Shown here in pieces: positions 36,085 through 48,999 of a DNA stretch of 64,000 nt; within the stretch, counting starts at the first letter, position 1, and every line of letters begins with the position of its first letter. The stretch is from Octopus bimaculoides (lineage: Eukaryota). Both the position numbers and the translations under genes were made by a program. The stretch is taken from positions 121,814,064-121,878,063 of the forward strand of contig NC_068982.1 of assembly GCF_001194135.2 (NCBI RefSeq), read 5' to 3'. The notes under the pieces were generated by a model. It was not told where the DNA came from, ran no database searches, and was given only the letters and a program-made list of their open reading frames with translations.

Positions 36085-39000
36085 TTATTCAGTTTCACAT
36101 CTAGATTTCTTGCCAATAGAGAAAGAGCCGGTTTCTAACCTAGATCCAAGGCACCTTCATTGGAATTTTAAACATCAATAAGATATTTGTGCATGTTTGT
36201 GTGTATGCGTGAAATATTTGAAATCAGTGAATGGACAGATTTGTATGTTTTGTTTTTTGTATGTATTCCCATCTATACAGTTGTATGTTTAGACATGCGT
36301 ATGTGTACTTAAATGCTAAACTTCTGGAAAGTTTTACATATTTTGACAGTCCCATTGATGGCTCGTATCTGTAATCTAATTAGCTTTCTCCCTTCTGGTT
36401 TTGATAAGCCTAATTCCTGAAGATTAGTGCTGAGGCAGTTTGTCATATATCTAAGTGTCCTAATAATTACGGGTTTAAACCTGAACTTGTAATCCGGCTA
36501 GACACGCAGTAAATTTATCAGTAGCTCAACACAGATGTTTTCTCATTTCTCCGTCCCAAATTAATATGCCTGCTCTATTATGTTTACAGTTTTTGAGGTT
36601 TACACTAAGACATTCCACCAATATTCTTTGTGTGTATGTCATTGTTCAGTTTTATTTCAAGATTTCTTGCTAATAGAAAAAGAATTGGTATCTAACTTAG
36701 ATTCAAGGCTCCTTCGTTGGAATTTCAACATCAACAATAGGGTAGTTTGTTTGTTTGTATGTATGTATGTATGTTATCAATCAGTTTCATTTCTGTATTT
36801 CTTGTCCATAGAGAAAGAGCCGGACTCTAACATAGATTCAAGGCTCCTTCATTGGAACTTTTATCAACATCGTCTAGGTATTTGTGCATATGTGTGTGTG
36901 TGCAGTATTTGGTGTTAGTGTATGCGCAGATTTGTATGTTTGTTTTATGGATGCGTTTTTATGTCTAGATGCATGCATATGTATTTATGTGCTAAATTTT
37001 TGGAAAGTTTTACATATCTTTACAGTTCCATTGATGGCTTGAATCTGTAGTCTTCTAATCAGCCTTTTTCTTTCAGGTTTTGAGAACCCTAATTTTCCCA
37101 ATTTTTTGTTGAGGCAGTTTGTTACATATCCCAATGCCCCAACAATCACGGGTATGAATCTGAACTTGTAGTCTGGGTGGAGTATCTGCAAATGTATGTA
37201 TGTATGTATGTATGTGTGTGTGCAGATTTGTATGTTTTGCTTTATGTATGTATTCTCATGCATATAGTTGCATATCTAGACATGCTCATATATATTTAAA
37301 TGATAAACTTCTAGAAAGTTTTACAGATTTTTACAGTTCCAGTGATGGATTAGATCTGTACTCTTCGAATTAACTTTCTTCTTTCTGGTTTTGAGAAGCC
37401 TTATTTCTTAAAGTTGGTATTTAGGCAGTGTCACATATCCCAGGCCTCCAATAATTACAGGTATAAACGTGAATGTGTAATCTGGATAGAGTAACTGCAA
37501 ATTTCTCAACAGTTCAGAGTAGGTATTCTCTTTTTCACTGATCTTCAGCTTTATATTAACATCCACTGGGCAGCTAATTTATACAACTGTACATAGTTTC
37601 TCTTCTCTATCCCAAACCATTATATCAGGTCTGTTGTGCTTACATTTTACTGAGTTCTTCACTGGGACAGTCCACCAGTAATCCTTTTTATTATGAGCAG
37701 CTATGCCTTCTACCATTCTGTGGGTTCTTATTTCTTTGTCCTCGGGGTAATCTTTTCGACGGATTTCATTGTAGAGTGATCTAGCTATATCATGTCTCAT
37801 CGGCAGATAATACCATGATGACACTTTCGGACAACTGCTTATGATGTGGGTGATATCTTCGGTGTTAACTCCACAAAGTCTGTATCGGTTGTCACATTTT
37901 ACTGCTTTTCTTGCATCTCTATCCCTTGGTTGATAGTTCCAGTTCCTGGATTACAAACGCATACCCTTCACAGTGGGAGATAGTAATCCGGTCGTTGGTC
38001 CATGTGTGTATGTATGTATGCATGCATGCTTGTACGTATGTATGTATGAATGAATGAATGTTTCTTCTTTGAGTTTTATTTAAGTTATTAAGAGAGTTCA
38101 AGCCGGTTGCTAACAAAACATTGTTTGAGTTAAGAGAGTTCCTGAGGTTTGTAAATATGTGGTTCAGTTAGTGTGTTCTTTGAGCTGTCGATGCACATAC
38201 CCAAGTGTGTGCATCTATTCATCTAAAGAATCTCAGATGCAGAATCTTTGGAATGTCTTACAAATCTTCACTGTGCTGCTGATAGACTAGATTTGGAGAA
38301 CCCGTGTCAGTTTCTTGTGCTCTTTCTTCAGAAAAAATATAGTTGTATTTCAAAGTACCTACTCAGTAGTTCTTCCCCGACTCCGAAGATCTTACTTTCA
38401 CTTTCGAGTAATGTACTCATTTCTTTCTTTACTGTTCAGCAGATGATGCCTGAGTGATACAGTGCGACGTTAAAAAACTGTATGCATGTATGTTTGTTAC
38501 TATTCAGTTTTATTTCAAAATTTCTTGCCGATAAAGAAAGAGCCGATTTCTAATGTATGTATGTATGTATGTATGTGGGTGATGTTGATGTTCTTGAAAA
38601 AAATCACTCTCGAAGTATTAAGACAATATGTACGTATTATTCTATTCTTCTTTTTCTCTTTTTGATTTAGAATAAATTTTGATAGGCCACCTACGTGGTA
38701 GCAGGGTTGTGAAGGAAAGCATATTATTCTAACTATCATACTTTAAATCATAAGTAGGTCTTGCAGACTTTTATAGTTCTTGATATCGTGATCATTTGTA
38801 GAGTAAGAATTAACGATTTTCATTCTCTCTCCAAGATCCCAGAATCAGCCATACTTTACTCCAGATGGGTTGGTATGTATCCTGTTGCTCCACTAATAAC
38901 AGGTATGAAGCTGAAAGTGTACCTTAACTACGGGTTTTGCAAATTCCTTATCAATGGTCCTTAGACGTCCTCTTTCTTTGGTGTCCAGAGGGTAACTGAT

Positions 39001-40435
39001 TTCCACAACAGAACATTTCTTCTGATCCCACACAACAATATTTGGCCGGCTGTGTCTTTTACATGTTGGTTGTTTTAATTGTTAAGTTCCATCAATATTC
39101 CTTTGACCTATCGATCTCAATATAGTCAACTTCGTCTGAAGATGTTTTCTCTTTTGTTCTTCAGTTCCAGTTCGTTATGGCCACTGCATTATGCCTCATA
39201 GAAAAATGTATCCGGGAGAGATTCTCTCACAGTTGCCAATAATGTGGCTGATGTCTTCAGTCTTGGTCTTTCATAGCCTACATTTGTTGCCTGCCAGCGT
39301 TTTCTGCCTTCTAATACGTAAGTCCTTGATGGAGCTTGCGAGTTCGAAAATCTTTCTCATTGATTTCTTATAGTGACCAGTTCAGAAGGTCGAACGTAAG
39401 TTTGAGGACAGGCACTGCAAAGGTGTAGTGGGAAATACGCTTATTATGAGCTGAGAGTTCTGATGTATGTATGTATATCATTGTTCAGTTTTATTTCAAG
39501 ATTTCTTGCCAATAGAGAAAGAGCCGGTTTCTAACCTAGATTCAAGGCTCCTTCATTAGAATTTCAGCATCAACAACAAGATATTTTTGTATGTATGTAT
39601 GTACGTATGTATGTATGTATGTATGTATGTATGTATGTATGTATGTATATGTGCAGATTTGTATGTTTTGTTTTATGTGTGTATTCTCATGCATATAGGT
39701 ACATTTCTAGACATGCTCATATATATATTTAAATGATAAATTTCTGGAAAGTTTTACAGATTTTTACAGTTCCCAGTGATGGATTAGATCTGTAATCTTC
39801 GAATTAGCTTTCTCCTTTCTGGTTTTGTGAAGCCTAATTTCTAAAGATTGGTATTTAGGCAGTGTGTTACATATCCCAGGGCCCCAATAATTACAGGTAT
39901 AAATGTGAACTTATAATCTGGATAAAGTAACTGCAGATTTCTCAATAGTTCAGCGTAGGTGTTCTCTTTTTCACTGATCTCCAGCTTTATGTTAACATCC
40001 GCTGGGCAGCTAATGTCCACAACTGTGTACAGTTTCTCTTCTCTATCCCAAATCATTATATCAGGTCTGTGTGCTTAAATTTTACTGAGGTCTTCACTAC
40101 TTTTTATTATGAATGGCTATGCCTTCTACCATACTGTTAGTTCTTATTTCTTTGTCCTCGGAGTTATCCTTCCGACGGATTTCATTACAGAGTGTCCTAG
40201 CTACATCATATCTCATCGTTAGATAATACCGTGATGACATTTTCGGGCAACTGCTTATGATATCTTTGGTGTTAACTCCACAAAGTCTGCATCGATTGTC
40301 ACATTTTACTGCTTTTTCTGTATCTCTATATCTTTTGTGCATCTGGTACTTGGTTAATATTTCTTGTTCCTGAAATGCAAACGCATGCCCATCAAAGTGG
40401 GAGGTAGTAATCCGGCTATTGGTCCATGATAAGCT
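36085..40435 (-). mobile_element. Cluster of at least five co-oriented 5'-truncated R4/Dong-type (REL) non-LTR retrotransposon 3' ends
   Basis: Repeated CRLC...EDI.HII..C zinc knuckle, HNRPD(I/L).VWD...C.VV(E/D)ISCP.D REL motif and TVKICKTF.KF C-terminus, plus a shared 3' UTR (gatttcttgccaatagagaaagagccggtttctaacctaga). Copies at about 36085-36555, 36620-37192, 37215-38002, 38690-39455 (divergent) and 39475-40435. Confidence 0.9.
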
Positions 40436-41691
40436 GCTTTGATAATCGATATTACTATCATGTCGGAGCTTGATTACTATTTGTAAGCCTGCAGAATGAC
40501 CTAAGTGCAATATATGAGTGGGCAGAGCAAAATAATATGCAGTTCAATGCAAAAAAATTTCAAGTACTGCGCTACAAGACCACAAGTACCTCCCAACTGG
40601 CATACACAGGGCCTGGAGGTACTGCAATCCCAGAACCACAAACAGTAAGAGATCTGGGCATCAACATATGTAGTGATGCATCATTTCACATGCACATTGT
40701 CAAGTTGACAGCAAAGTGCAGACAACTGGCAGGGTGGATACTNNNNNNNNNNNNNNNNNNNNNNNNNNNNNNNNNNNNNNNNNNNNNNNNNNNNNNNNNN
40801 NNNNNNNNNNNNNNNNNNNNNNNNNNNNNNNNNNNNNNNNNNNNNNNNNNNNNNNNNNNNNNNNNNNNNNNNNNNNNNNNNNNNNNNNNNNNNNNNNNNN
40901 NNNNNNNNNNNNNNNNNNNNNNNNNNNNNNNNNNNNNNNNNNNNNNNNNNNNNNNNNNNNNNNNNNNNNNNNNNNNNNNNNNNNNNNNNNNNNNNNNNNN
41001 NNNNNNNNNNNNNNNNNNNNNNNNNNNNNNNNNNNNNNNNNNNNNNNNNNNNNNNNNNNNNNNNNNNNNNNNNNNNNNNNNNNNNNNNNNNNNNNNNNNN
41101 NNNNNNNNNNNNNNNNNNNNNNNNNNNNNNNNNNNNNNNNNNNNNNNNNNNNNNNNNNNNNNNNNNNNNNNNNNNNNNNNNNNNNNNNNNNNNNNNNNNN
41201 NNNNNNNNNNNNNNNNNNNNNNNNNNNNNNNNNNNNNNNNNNNNNNNNNNNNNNNNNNNNNNNNNNNNNNNNNNNNNNNNNNNNNNNNNNNNNNNNNNNN
41301 NNNNNNNNNNNNNNNNNNNNNNNNNNNNNNNNNNNNNNNNNNNNNNNNNNNNNNNNNNNNNNNNNNNNNNNNNNNNNNNNNNNNNNNNNNNNAATGCCCT
41401 GCCAAAACATTTGAGAGACATGCAAGACATGGATGCGGAGGTCTTCAAGATAAAACTTGACGCTTTCCTCTCCACGATACCAGACGAACCAATGGCTCGT
41501 AATGAGACGCAGTTTAGGGCAGCTATGTCAAATTCTCTTATACACCAGATGTGCCATCAAAACTCTTGATTGGACCATGTCAGATGGGGGAGAAGAGCCA
41601 TGCAAGGAACGTGAAAATCACGGTGGTGCACCAGCATGACCGCAGCCACTTGGCTGAAACACATAAATAAATAAATAAATAAATAAATAAA
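40436..41691 (+). mobile_element. CR1/L2-group LINE 3' portion with (AAAT)n tail (spans gap)
   Basis: LQNDLSAIYEWAEQNNMQFNAKKFQVL and VRDLGI, then (taaa)n at 41664-41691. Confidence 0.85.
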
Positions 41692-41699
41692 TATCTATG

Positions 41700-41930
41700 C
41701 ATAGTCGCGCGACCTCTTTGGGCATGTATTCTAGGTTTTCAAACAAAGAATGTTGCTCAAGGAGGTACCTTCCAAGTCTTATGGTGTTAACAGCCTCACG
41801 TATGCAAACTTGATCAAGTATGTATGTATGTATGTATGTATGTATGTATGNNNNNNNNNNGACCCTTTGTATTCCATTTTCTACCATATCTTCATTTATT
41901 CAAAGATATAAAAAATCGGGAACTATTGAA
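41700..41930 (-). mobile_element. Possible further R4/Dong-type fragment next to (TATG)n
   Basis: LDQVCIREAVNTIRLGRYL...LEYMPKE resembles the post-RT region and the 38061-38440 fragment. Adjoins (tatg)n at 41818-41850. Confidence 0.45.
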
Positions 41931-42737
41931 AACAAAATAAGATCCGAGGCACTACGCAAGATTTCCACTAGATCTTTAAGAAAAATGAAGTGAAGTATCG
42001 AAAAAACGCAATGATCACCAGAAAGGAGTTGCAAGAAGATTTGTTAGCTTCAGGGACTAGTGTTACACTATGAACAATCACCAATGAACTTCATAGGAAT
42101 GAACTGAAGTCATGCTCTCCTAGAAAAACTCCACTGTTGACTAAAAGGCATAGAGATGGCCGTTTAAAATTTGTTTATGAACATAAAGATAAATCTGATA
42201 CATTCTGGGAAAATGTTCTTTGGACAGACGAGTCGAAAATTGAATTGTTGGGACGAAATTCTCGTAGCCATGTTTGGTGGAAAGATGGTACCACCTATTC
42301 GCTAAAAAACACAATTCCTACTGTAAAGTTTGGAGGTGGCAACATCATTGTGTAGAGGTGTTACTTTGCAAATGGGACTGGCAATTTTCATGTGATAGAT
42401 GGTAGAATAAATGCAGAGATGTACCAAAATATTTTGAACAATAATGTATGGGACTCTGTAGAAAAGTTCCAGCTTTGTGAAGGGTGGGTTTTACAACAGG
42501 ATAACGACCCTAAGCACACAGCGAAGTCTACCAAAAATGGATTGTCAATCACAATATAAAATTATTAGAATGGCCAAGCCAGTCACCTGACTTGAACCCC
42601 ATTGAAAATTTGTGGCGTTATTTGAAAATTAAAACTCATTCAAGAGCCCCAATGTGCATTCCAGATTTGAAGAAAATTTGTCAAGAAGAATGGGAAAAAA
42701 TTCCTAATGAAACATGCGAGTCATGGATTACGAACTA
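41930..42737 (+). mobile_element. Tc1 (DD34E-type) transposase relic, cut by gap
   Basis: WENVLWTDESKIEL, PTVKFGGGNI, QQDNDPKHT and WPSQSPDLNPIENLW, with a stop and a frameshift. Confidence 0.93.
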
Positions 42738-43643
42738 NNNNNNNNNNNNNNNNNNNNNNNNNNNNNNNNNNNNNNNNNNNNNNNNNNNNNNNNNNNNNNN
42801 NNNNNNNNNNNNNNNNNNNNNNNNNNNNNNNNNNNNNNNNNNNNNNNNNNNNNNNNNNNNNNNNNNNNNNNNNNNNNNNNNNNNNNNNNNNNNNNNNNNN
42901 NNNNNNNNNNNNNNNNNNNNNNNNNNNNNNNNNNNNNNNNNNNNNNNNNNNNNNNNNNNNNNNNNNNNNNNNNNNNNNNNNNNNNNNNNNNNNNNNNNNN
43001 NNNNNNNNNNNNNNNNNNNNNNNNNNNNNNNNNNNNNNNNNNNNNNNNNNNNNNNNNNNNNNNNNNNNNNNNNNNNNNNNNNNNNNNNNNNNNNNNNNNN
43101 NNNNNNNNNNNNNNNNNNNNNNNNNNNNNNNNNNNNNNNNNNNNNNNNNNNNNNNNNNNNNNNNNNNNNNNNNNNNNNNNNNNNNNNNNNNNNNNNNNNN
43201 NNNNNNNNNNNNNNNNNNNNNNNNNNNNNNNNNNNNNNNNNNNNNNNNNNNNNNNNNNNNNNNNNNNNNNNNNNNNNNNNNNNNNNNNNNNNNNNNNNNN
43301 NNNNNNNNNNNNNNNNNNNNNNNNNNNNNNNNNNNNNNNNNNNNNNNNNNNNNNNNNNNNNNNNNNNNNNNNNNNNNNNNNNNNNNNNNNNNNNNNNNNN
43401 NNNNNNNNNNNNNNNNNNNNNNNNGGAATTTCTTTCCCGAAATGAGAATATTCAAAATAATTTCCGATTCTGGCGGATTTAATGATAAACTGAATTAATA
43501 AAGTTGTATAATTAATAAAATCTTATAACTAAGACTGCTTTTGACTTTTAGGATGGCGCCTGTAATTGAATTCAACCAGAGTCTTCTAATTGTCTTAATT
43601 ACGAAATATCACAAGCTATGGTTGCAGAGAAATCGTGTGTGTG

Positions 43644-43688
<45 letters not shown>

Positions 43689-43769
43689 AAGAGAGAGTTT
43701 GTACTTATTTTGAATTAGTTTGCACACACGCACACACATGCATATATGCGTGTGTGGGAGGAGTGCAAG

Positions 43770-44430
43770 TAAATGTGTCTGCATGCCTGGTAGTAGATTG
43801 TGGTCGTCTGGTGTTGTTAGGCTACTGTCTAAAACTGGGATGGGTATTGCTATTTTGCTAGTTGCGATTCTGATTTTGTTACAAATATGACCCATAAATG
43901 GTTTGCTGTATCTGAACTTAAATCAGAAACTGAAGGCATCATTATAGCAGCATCAGGATCAGTGTCTGGCCCGCCAGAAACGACCAAAGCAGCATTCTTG
44001 AAAATTGTGCTGATCCTGCCTGTCGTTTTTGTGAGAGAACCAGAGAAACATTTAACCACCTCATTTTTGGATGCTCTATGTTGGCGCCAAATGATTGCAT
44101 TAATCAACATGATACACTAAGTCAATATTTATACTGGATAATATGCCTTAAGTTTGGACTCTTGTATGGGAAGAACTGGCGGGAACATAAGCCTGCCAAA
44201 GTAATAGAAAATAAAGATATCACCGTTCTTTGGGACTTTAGTATTCAAACTGACTGAGCTATTCAGGTCAATAGACTAGATATTGTAGTAAAAAATCATA
44301 TTGACAAAAGATGTTTGTTCATAGATATGTCAATCGCAGCAGACTGCAACACTTCTGTAAAAGCATTTGAAAAACCGAAGTACTTTGAAAGTCGAAGAAC
44401 TTTGAAAGTCGAAGAACTTTGACAGAGATG
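43770..44430 (+). mobile_element. R4/Dong-type element of a different family (zinc knuckle and REL region)
   Basis: LKSETEGIIIAA/QDQCL, ACRFCE...HLIFGC and EHKPAKVIENKDITVLWDFSIQTD...NRLDIVV...IDMSI. Confidence 0.8.
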
Positions 44431-44439
44431 TCTCAAAAA

Positions 44440-45000
44440 TGTGGTAAGCTGCAAGCCAACAGACTTGTAAGATTTATCTTTTCTCGTGCCATCGCCTCGT
44501 TTTCCTTTGGAATGAAACCTACTACTTGCGCTTCCGTGGTGTCTGATACTATAACTGCAATGTCATCAGCAAACACCGACACAACTCTCTCTCATCCCTG
44601 CTTGAAAGGGATGCCCCTGAAAAGTTCTATTTTTCGCAACAATGGCTCAAGAGCCAGTACATATAAAAGAGTTGAAGGAGAATGCTCTTGACAGATTGAG
44701 TGCGCGATATGAAACGGTTCGACCCTATCAAATGCTTTCGAATGATCCAAACTGAACAAGGCCTCACCAGCGCTAGATTTGTTTCCCTTTCCCTTTCCCT
44801 TGACAGTGTTTCGCATGAGATGGGGGTTGTCAAAGATGGCTCTATTGAGGATCGCACACGGTTTTTGCTTTCCCAATCGGACCACCTTACAACACATTCC
44901 AACTTGTTTGCTAATACCGCGGCCAAAATTTTAAAAACTTTGCAATTAACAGGATTATGGGCCGCAAATTATTTATATCGGCGTCATTTCTCAGCAACGT
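44440..45000 (-). mobile_element. Tx1/L1-clade RT fragment with an internal deletion
   Basis: AAVLANKL, DNPHLMR, LDHSKAFDRV, LLYVLALEPLLRKI and VFADDIAV. Confidence 0.85.
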
Positions 45001-45087
45001 CAACAAGCCCCTGCTCACAGAACTGGGAATTTCTCCACCATCCCATAAAAGAAAATCCCATTTTATCCGCAATATCTAACCACTATA

Positions 45088-46329
45088 TGAGGTGATATCA
45101 AAAGGCTCCAGGACTAGTTATTCCTGATACAAAATAACTTATTTACCCAAGTTTTAACATCATTCCCTTCGAAATAGTTACCTTGTGCACCAATACACAG
45201 GTTCCAGCGCTCCTACCACTTTTGGAATCCGGCCCGGAAGTCCTTTTCCGTAAGGAAGTCGAGGACCTTCTTCGATTCGCTGTGGATTTCCACAGCAGTG
45301 TTAAGACGGTGACTTTTGAACTGCATCTTCAGCTTGGGGAAGAGATGAAAGTCTGCGGGTGCTAGATCTGGCGAAAAGGGCGGGTGCGGAAGCGATACCA
45401 TGTTTTTGGCGCGAAACTCACGAGTGGGGAGAGCTCGGAGGCAAGTTGCATTGTGATCGTGAAGAATCCAATTCCTTGCGCTCCACAGATCCGGTCGCCT
45501 TTGCCGAATGCCCCCCCCCCCCACCTACAACGTTTCAAAACATTGTAGAATAACTCTTGATTGACGGTCTGGCTCTGGGGAGACGAATTCTTGATGCACA
45601 ATACCACGGATGTCGAGAAAAACGATGAGCATGCACTTGATTGAGCTGCGGCTCTGTCACGCCTTCTTCAGCCATGGCGATGAAGGCTTCTTCCATTGTG
45701 ACGGCTGCTGCTTCGTCTCAGTGTCGTACCCGTAGACCCAACTCGTGTCATCGGTGATGATCCTCGACATGAAGGACGGATCATCAGCGGCACTCTGATG
45801 GAGATCTTCACAGACTTCGCCACGATGTTCTTTCTGCTCAGTGGTCAGCAACTTGATAGAGACACACCACAACTTGGTAGAGACACACCTTCAACGATCC
45901 TCATGAACAAGCTGATGAATTTTCTCCACATTTCAGGGGGCTGCACTCATGACAGCTCTTCCAGATCGCTCATCGTCTTCCAGGGACGTTCTTCCGCTTT
46001 TGAAACGCTCGTGTCACCCGAAACATTGCGTATGACACACAACCTCGTCACCGCAAATGTGCTGAAGCATGCTCACTGTCTCAATAGCAGGCTTTCCAAG
46101 TTTAACGCAAATTTTCAAGTTGGATCTTTGTTCTAGCTTCCTGTCCATGACAAGATTGCAGAGTACAGCATACACGTGATCACAAAAACATAAATTTCAC
46201 TCACAAATTGTTAAGTAAATACAGCGATGTCACTCCGCACACTGCTAGCTCTCACTGCGCATGCAACCGTGTGCTGTCATCTGTTGGCGCGTTACAGAAC
46301 TTGTTCTAGGACTCTTTGATACTAACGCG
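45088..46329 (-). mobile_element. Mariner (DD34D-type) element, about 1.24 kb, decayed
   Basis: Imperfect TIRs of the gaggtgatatcaaaagg.tcc type; RIITDDTSWVYGYD, WILHDHNA and PHPPFSPDLAPADFHLFPKLK. Confidence 0.92.
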
Positions 46330-48379
46330 TGCATATATCCTAACTCTGAAAGCTAACACCGCTAATAGACACCCATTATAATAAAGACTCCATATTTTTA
46401 ATTCTCATTCTTATTCTTATTTCAATCTTTACTTATCTTCTATGACCACTGGCAAAACAACAACATCCATCCCAATTTTAGATGATAACGTGACAACGCC
46501 AGATGACTACAACCTGCCAGGCATGCATTCACACGCAAATATTTCCTTGAGTAAATATCAAAAGATAAAATTCTAAAGAAGTTCCATTTTTCGCTCTCCC
46601 TCTCGCTCTCCCTCTCCCTCTCACTCTATCTATCTATCTATCTCATGCACACACACATTCACACACCACACACTCACACGTGCACACATACACACAGATA
46701 TATTTTCCCAAACGAAAAATAAAATCTCATAAAAGAACAGACGTTTTATCACTCACAAAATAATCTCCCAGTTCTCTTAGTTGTGAAAAGAACCATTTGT
46801 CGGGAATAGCTAATGGATATGTCTTTAATATCTTTTTCCCATTGTGAACAACTTTTCGCAAAACATTTATTTAAAACTTTACACTCACACAAGAAGAAAA
46901 AAAAACACCCTGTCACTCACTCAGGAACAAATCCTTAAAAATATTTATAACACACCATCTCAACATTACAAAAATAAAATAAACAACTAATGACGGGGCC
47001 GACAAAGCGCCACCCAATCAATAAACCGTAAAGCTAACTAACGAACAAACACAACACTAGATCAAAAGATATAAATCCACGACCAATACAGTTCTCGCCT
47101 CAACACTGCTGTGGCATGAAACTCGACTCGCGAAGCAAAGTCTCATTTCAGTTTCAATAAAAAAAAATTCACATGCTCTACTATATGTATTGAGCCCTTC
47201 TTCCAGCTTTTCAACAGAAACCTATGTACACATACATATGTATGTATGTATGTGTCTACATACTGACGTACATATTAACACAAGCACACACACACATATG
47301 TATGTGTAAATATGTATGTGCATGTGCCTATATACGTAGATGGGTGTGTTATACACATATGCACAGACTTGAACAAAATTATGTGTCACTCAAAATTCCT
47401 CATCTTACTGTCTCGCGTTTTTGTATAAGTGTATAAGTGTGTGTCTATGTAGGTATGTATATCATACAACATACATATATATATAGCTACCCCATACCTA
47501 TTTTCGCGTATCTTATTTTCTTCCTTCCTTTTTCTTTTATTCTGTGCGTATACACACACACACACATATTCATAACTTATCAATATATTTCAAAGTAAAT
47601 ATGTACACACATGCACTACCAAATGCATACGCATGCCTGTATCCATTTGCCGCATGTCAGCATGTTTTACTATAGTACAAATGAAATTACCCACAGGTCA
47701 ATGTTTTTTGAAATTATATAAAAACGTTTGATGGTTCTTTGGTAATTTGTTGCAGCGGCTTAAAGACGGAGAGTACGTTGAAGGCTGACTCCATTATAAT
47801 GAACTTCTTCAGAACTTCATATTTAATTCAACTTTAAGAAGAAAATTGCAGTTAGCATCCTTAAATAATTACAAATTCTTTAAATTAGTGTAAACTAAAT
47901 CAGAATAACAGATTTGAATTACAGAATTGTAAAAACAAAAAAAAAAAAAAAAAAAAAAAAAATAGAAACACAAAAAACATAAACCATAACTTTTACTATT
48001 ATTAATCTAATTTAAAATTATTTCCAAAAGATTTTTTTTTAACTAATAATTGATAAAGAAATAAGTTGAAAAATCACTTAGTAAATGAATAATTTCTTTA
48101 CGTCACTTACTAGAATTATAGGTTTGATTTATTATAACTTTAGTATCAATTTAAACCGGAAATCTCACTTGCATCTTGGAATCAATCTTGCTTATACTGA
48201 TATCTCTTTTAATTGTATTTAACTCTGTTTTATGCAACCAAGAATTTATCAACATCTGGTAATGTTTACCAACACCGACAACTTGAACATTTTTACAATT
48301 CTTTAGTTTTCCAGAAAGCCACAAGCAAATCCTGTTAATTTAAAATCTTTCAGCAGTAACCGGGAACCATAACTACACT

Positions 48380-48600
48380 TACAGTACCTAGAATCGCCAT
48401 TGTCTCATTAAGGTCACTGAAAAATGTTTTGTGGAATTATATTGTCTCTTGCGTCCAGTTTGGTGATTGCAGCTCTTATGATCGAGAAAAAAATCGTTTG
48501 ATTTGGGTTCAATAAAAGAATTTGATTTATACATCGGACAGGTAACTACCTTTTTCATCACTTCTACCTCTACTTCAATATATATTGGGAGATAGGGCAT
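48380..48600 (-). mobile_element. Penelope-like GIY-YIG-region fragment
   Basis: TCPMYKSNSFI.EPKS...SCNH...QTGR, resembling the PLE linker and the GIY-YIG (YIG.TGR) segment. Confidence 0.5.
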
Positions 48601-48689
48601 ATANNNNNNNNNNNNNNNNNNNNATATATCCCCTTCTTCGTACCTCTCCTGTCTGACCACCTCTGTTCGGCCATTGCCATAATTGACCG

Positions 48690-48870
48690 CTAGCGACTAA
48701 AGCTTTTTTTATACTCTGTCTGTTTATTTTTTCGTGTTCCTTTCTGTTGAAGAGCGTAGGCTCGAAACGTAAAAGACTTTCTCACCTTCCCGAGCGTTAA
48801 ACTAATACACCTGTTTGTTGTTTACACACCTTTCTTCGTTTTTTGTTTTTTTGTAAATTCCAACTATATA
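48690..48870 (+). mobile_element. Penelope-like terminal repeat carrying a minimal hammerhead-like motif
   Basis: See the motif at 48740-48775. Aligns with 18420-18610. Confidence 0.65.
48740..48775 (+). ncRNA. Minimal type I hammerhead ribozyme-like motif (non-canonical CUGUUGA core)
   Basis: cttt / CTGTTGA / A / GAGC-gtag-GCTC / GAA-ACGT-A / aaag. Helix I cttt:aaag, helix II of 4 bp, and a palindromic ACGT helix III. Confidence 0.55.
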
Positions 48871-48999
48871 AATGCGCGCGCGTGCGTGTAAATGCATATA
48901 TATGTGTTGTTGAACCTAAGACATTGTTTGTCTAATGTGGTCCTGCTGTACATGGTTAAAAGATGCCCCCTTTTAGAATGATATAAGCATGCCTCCTCG

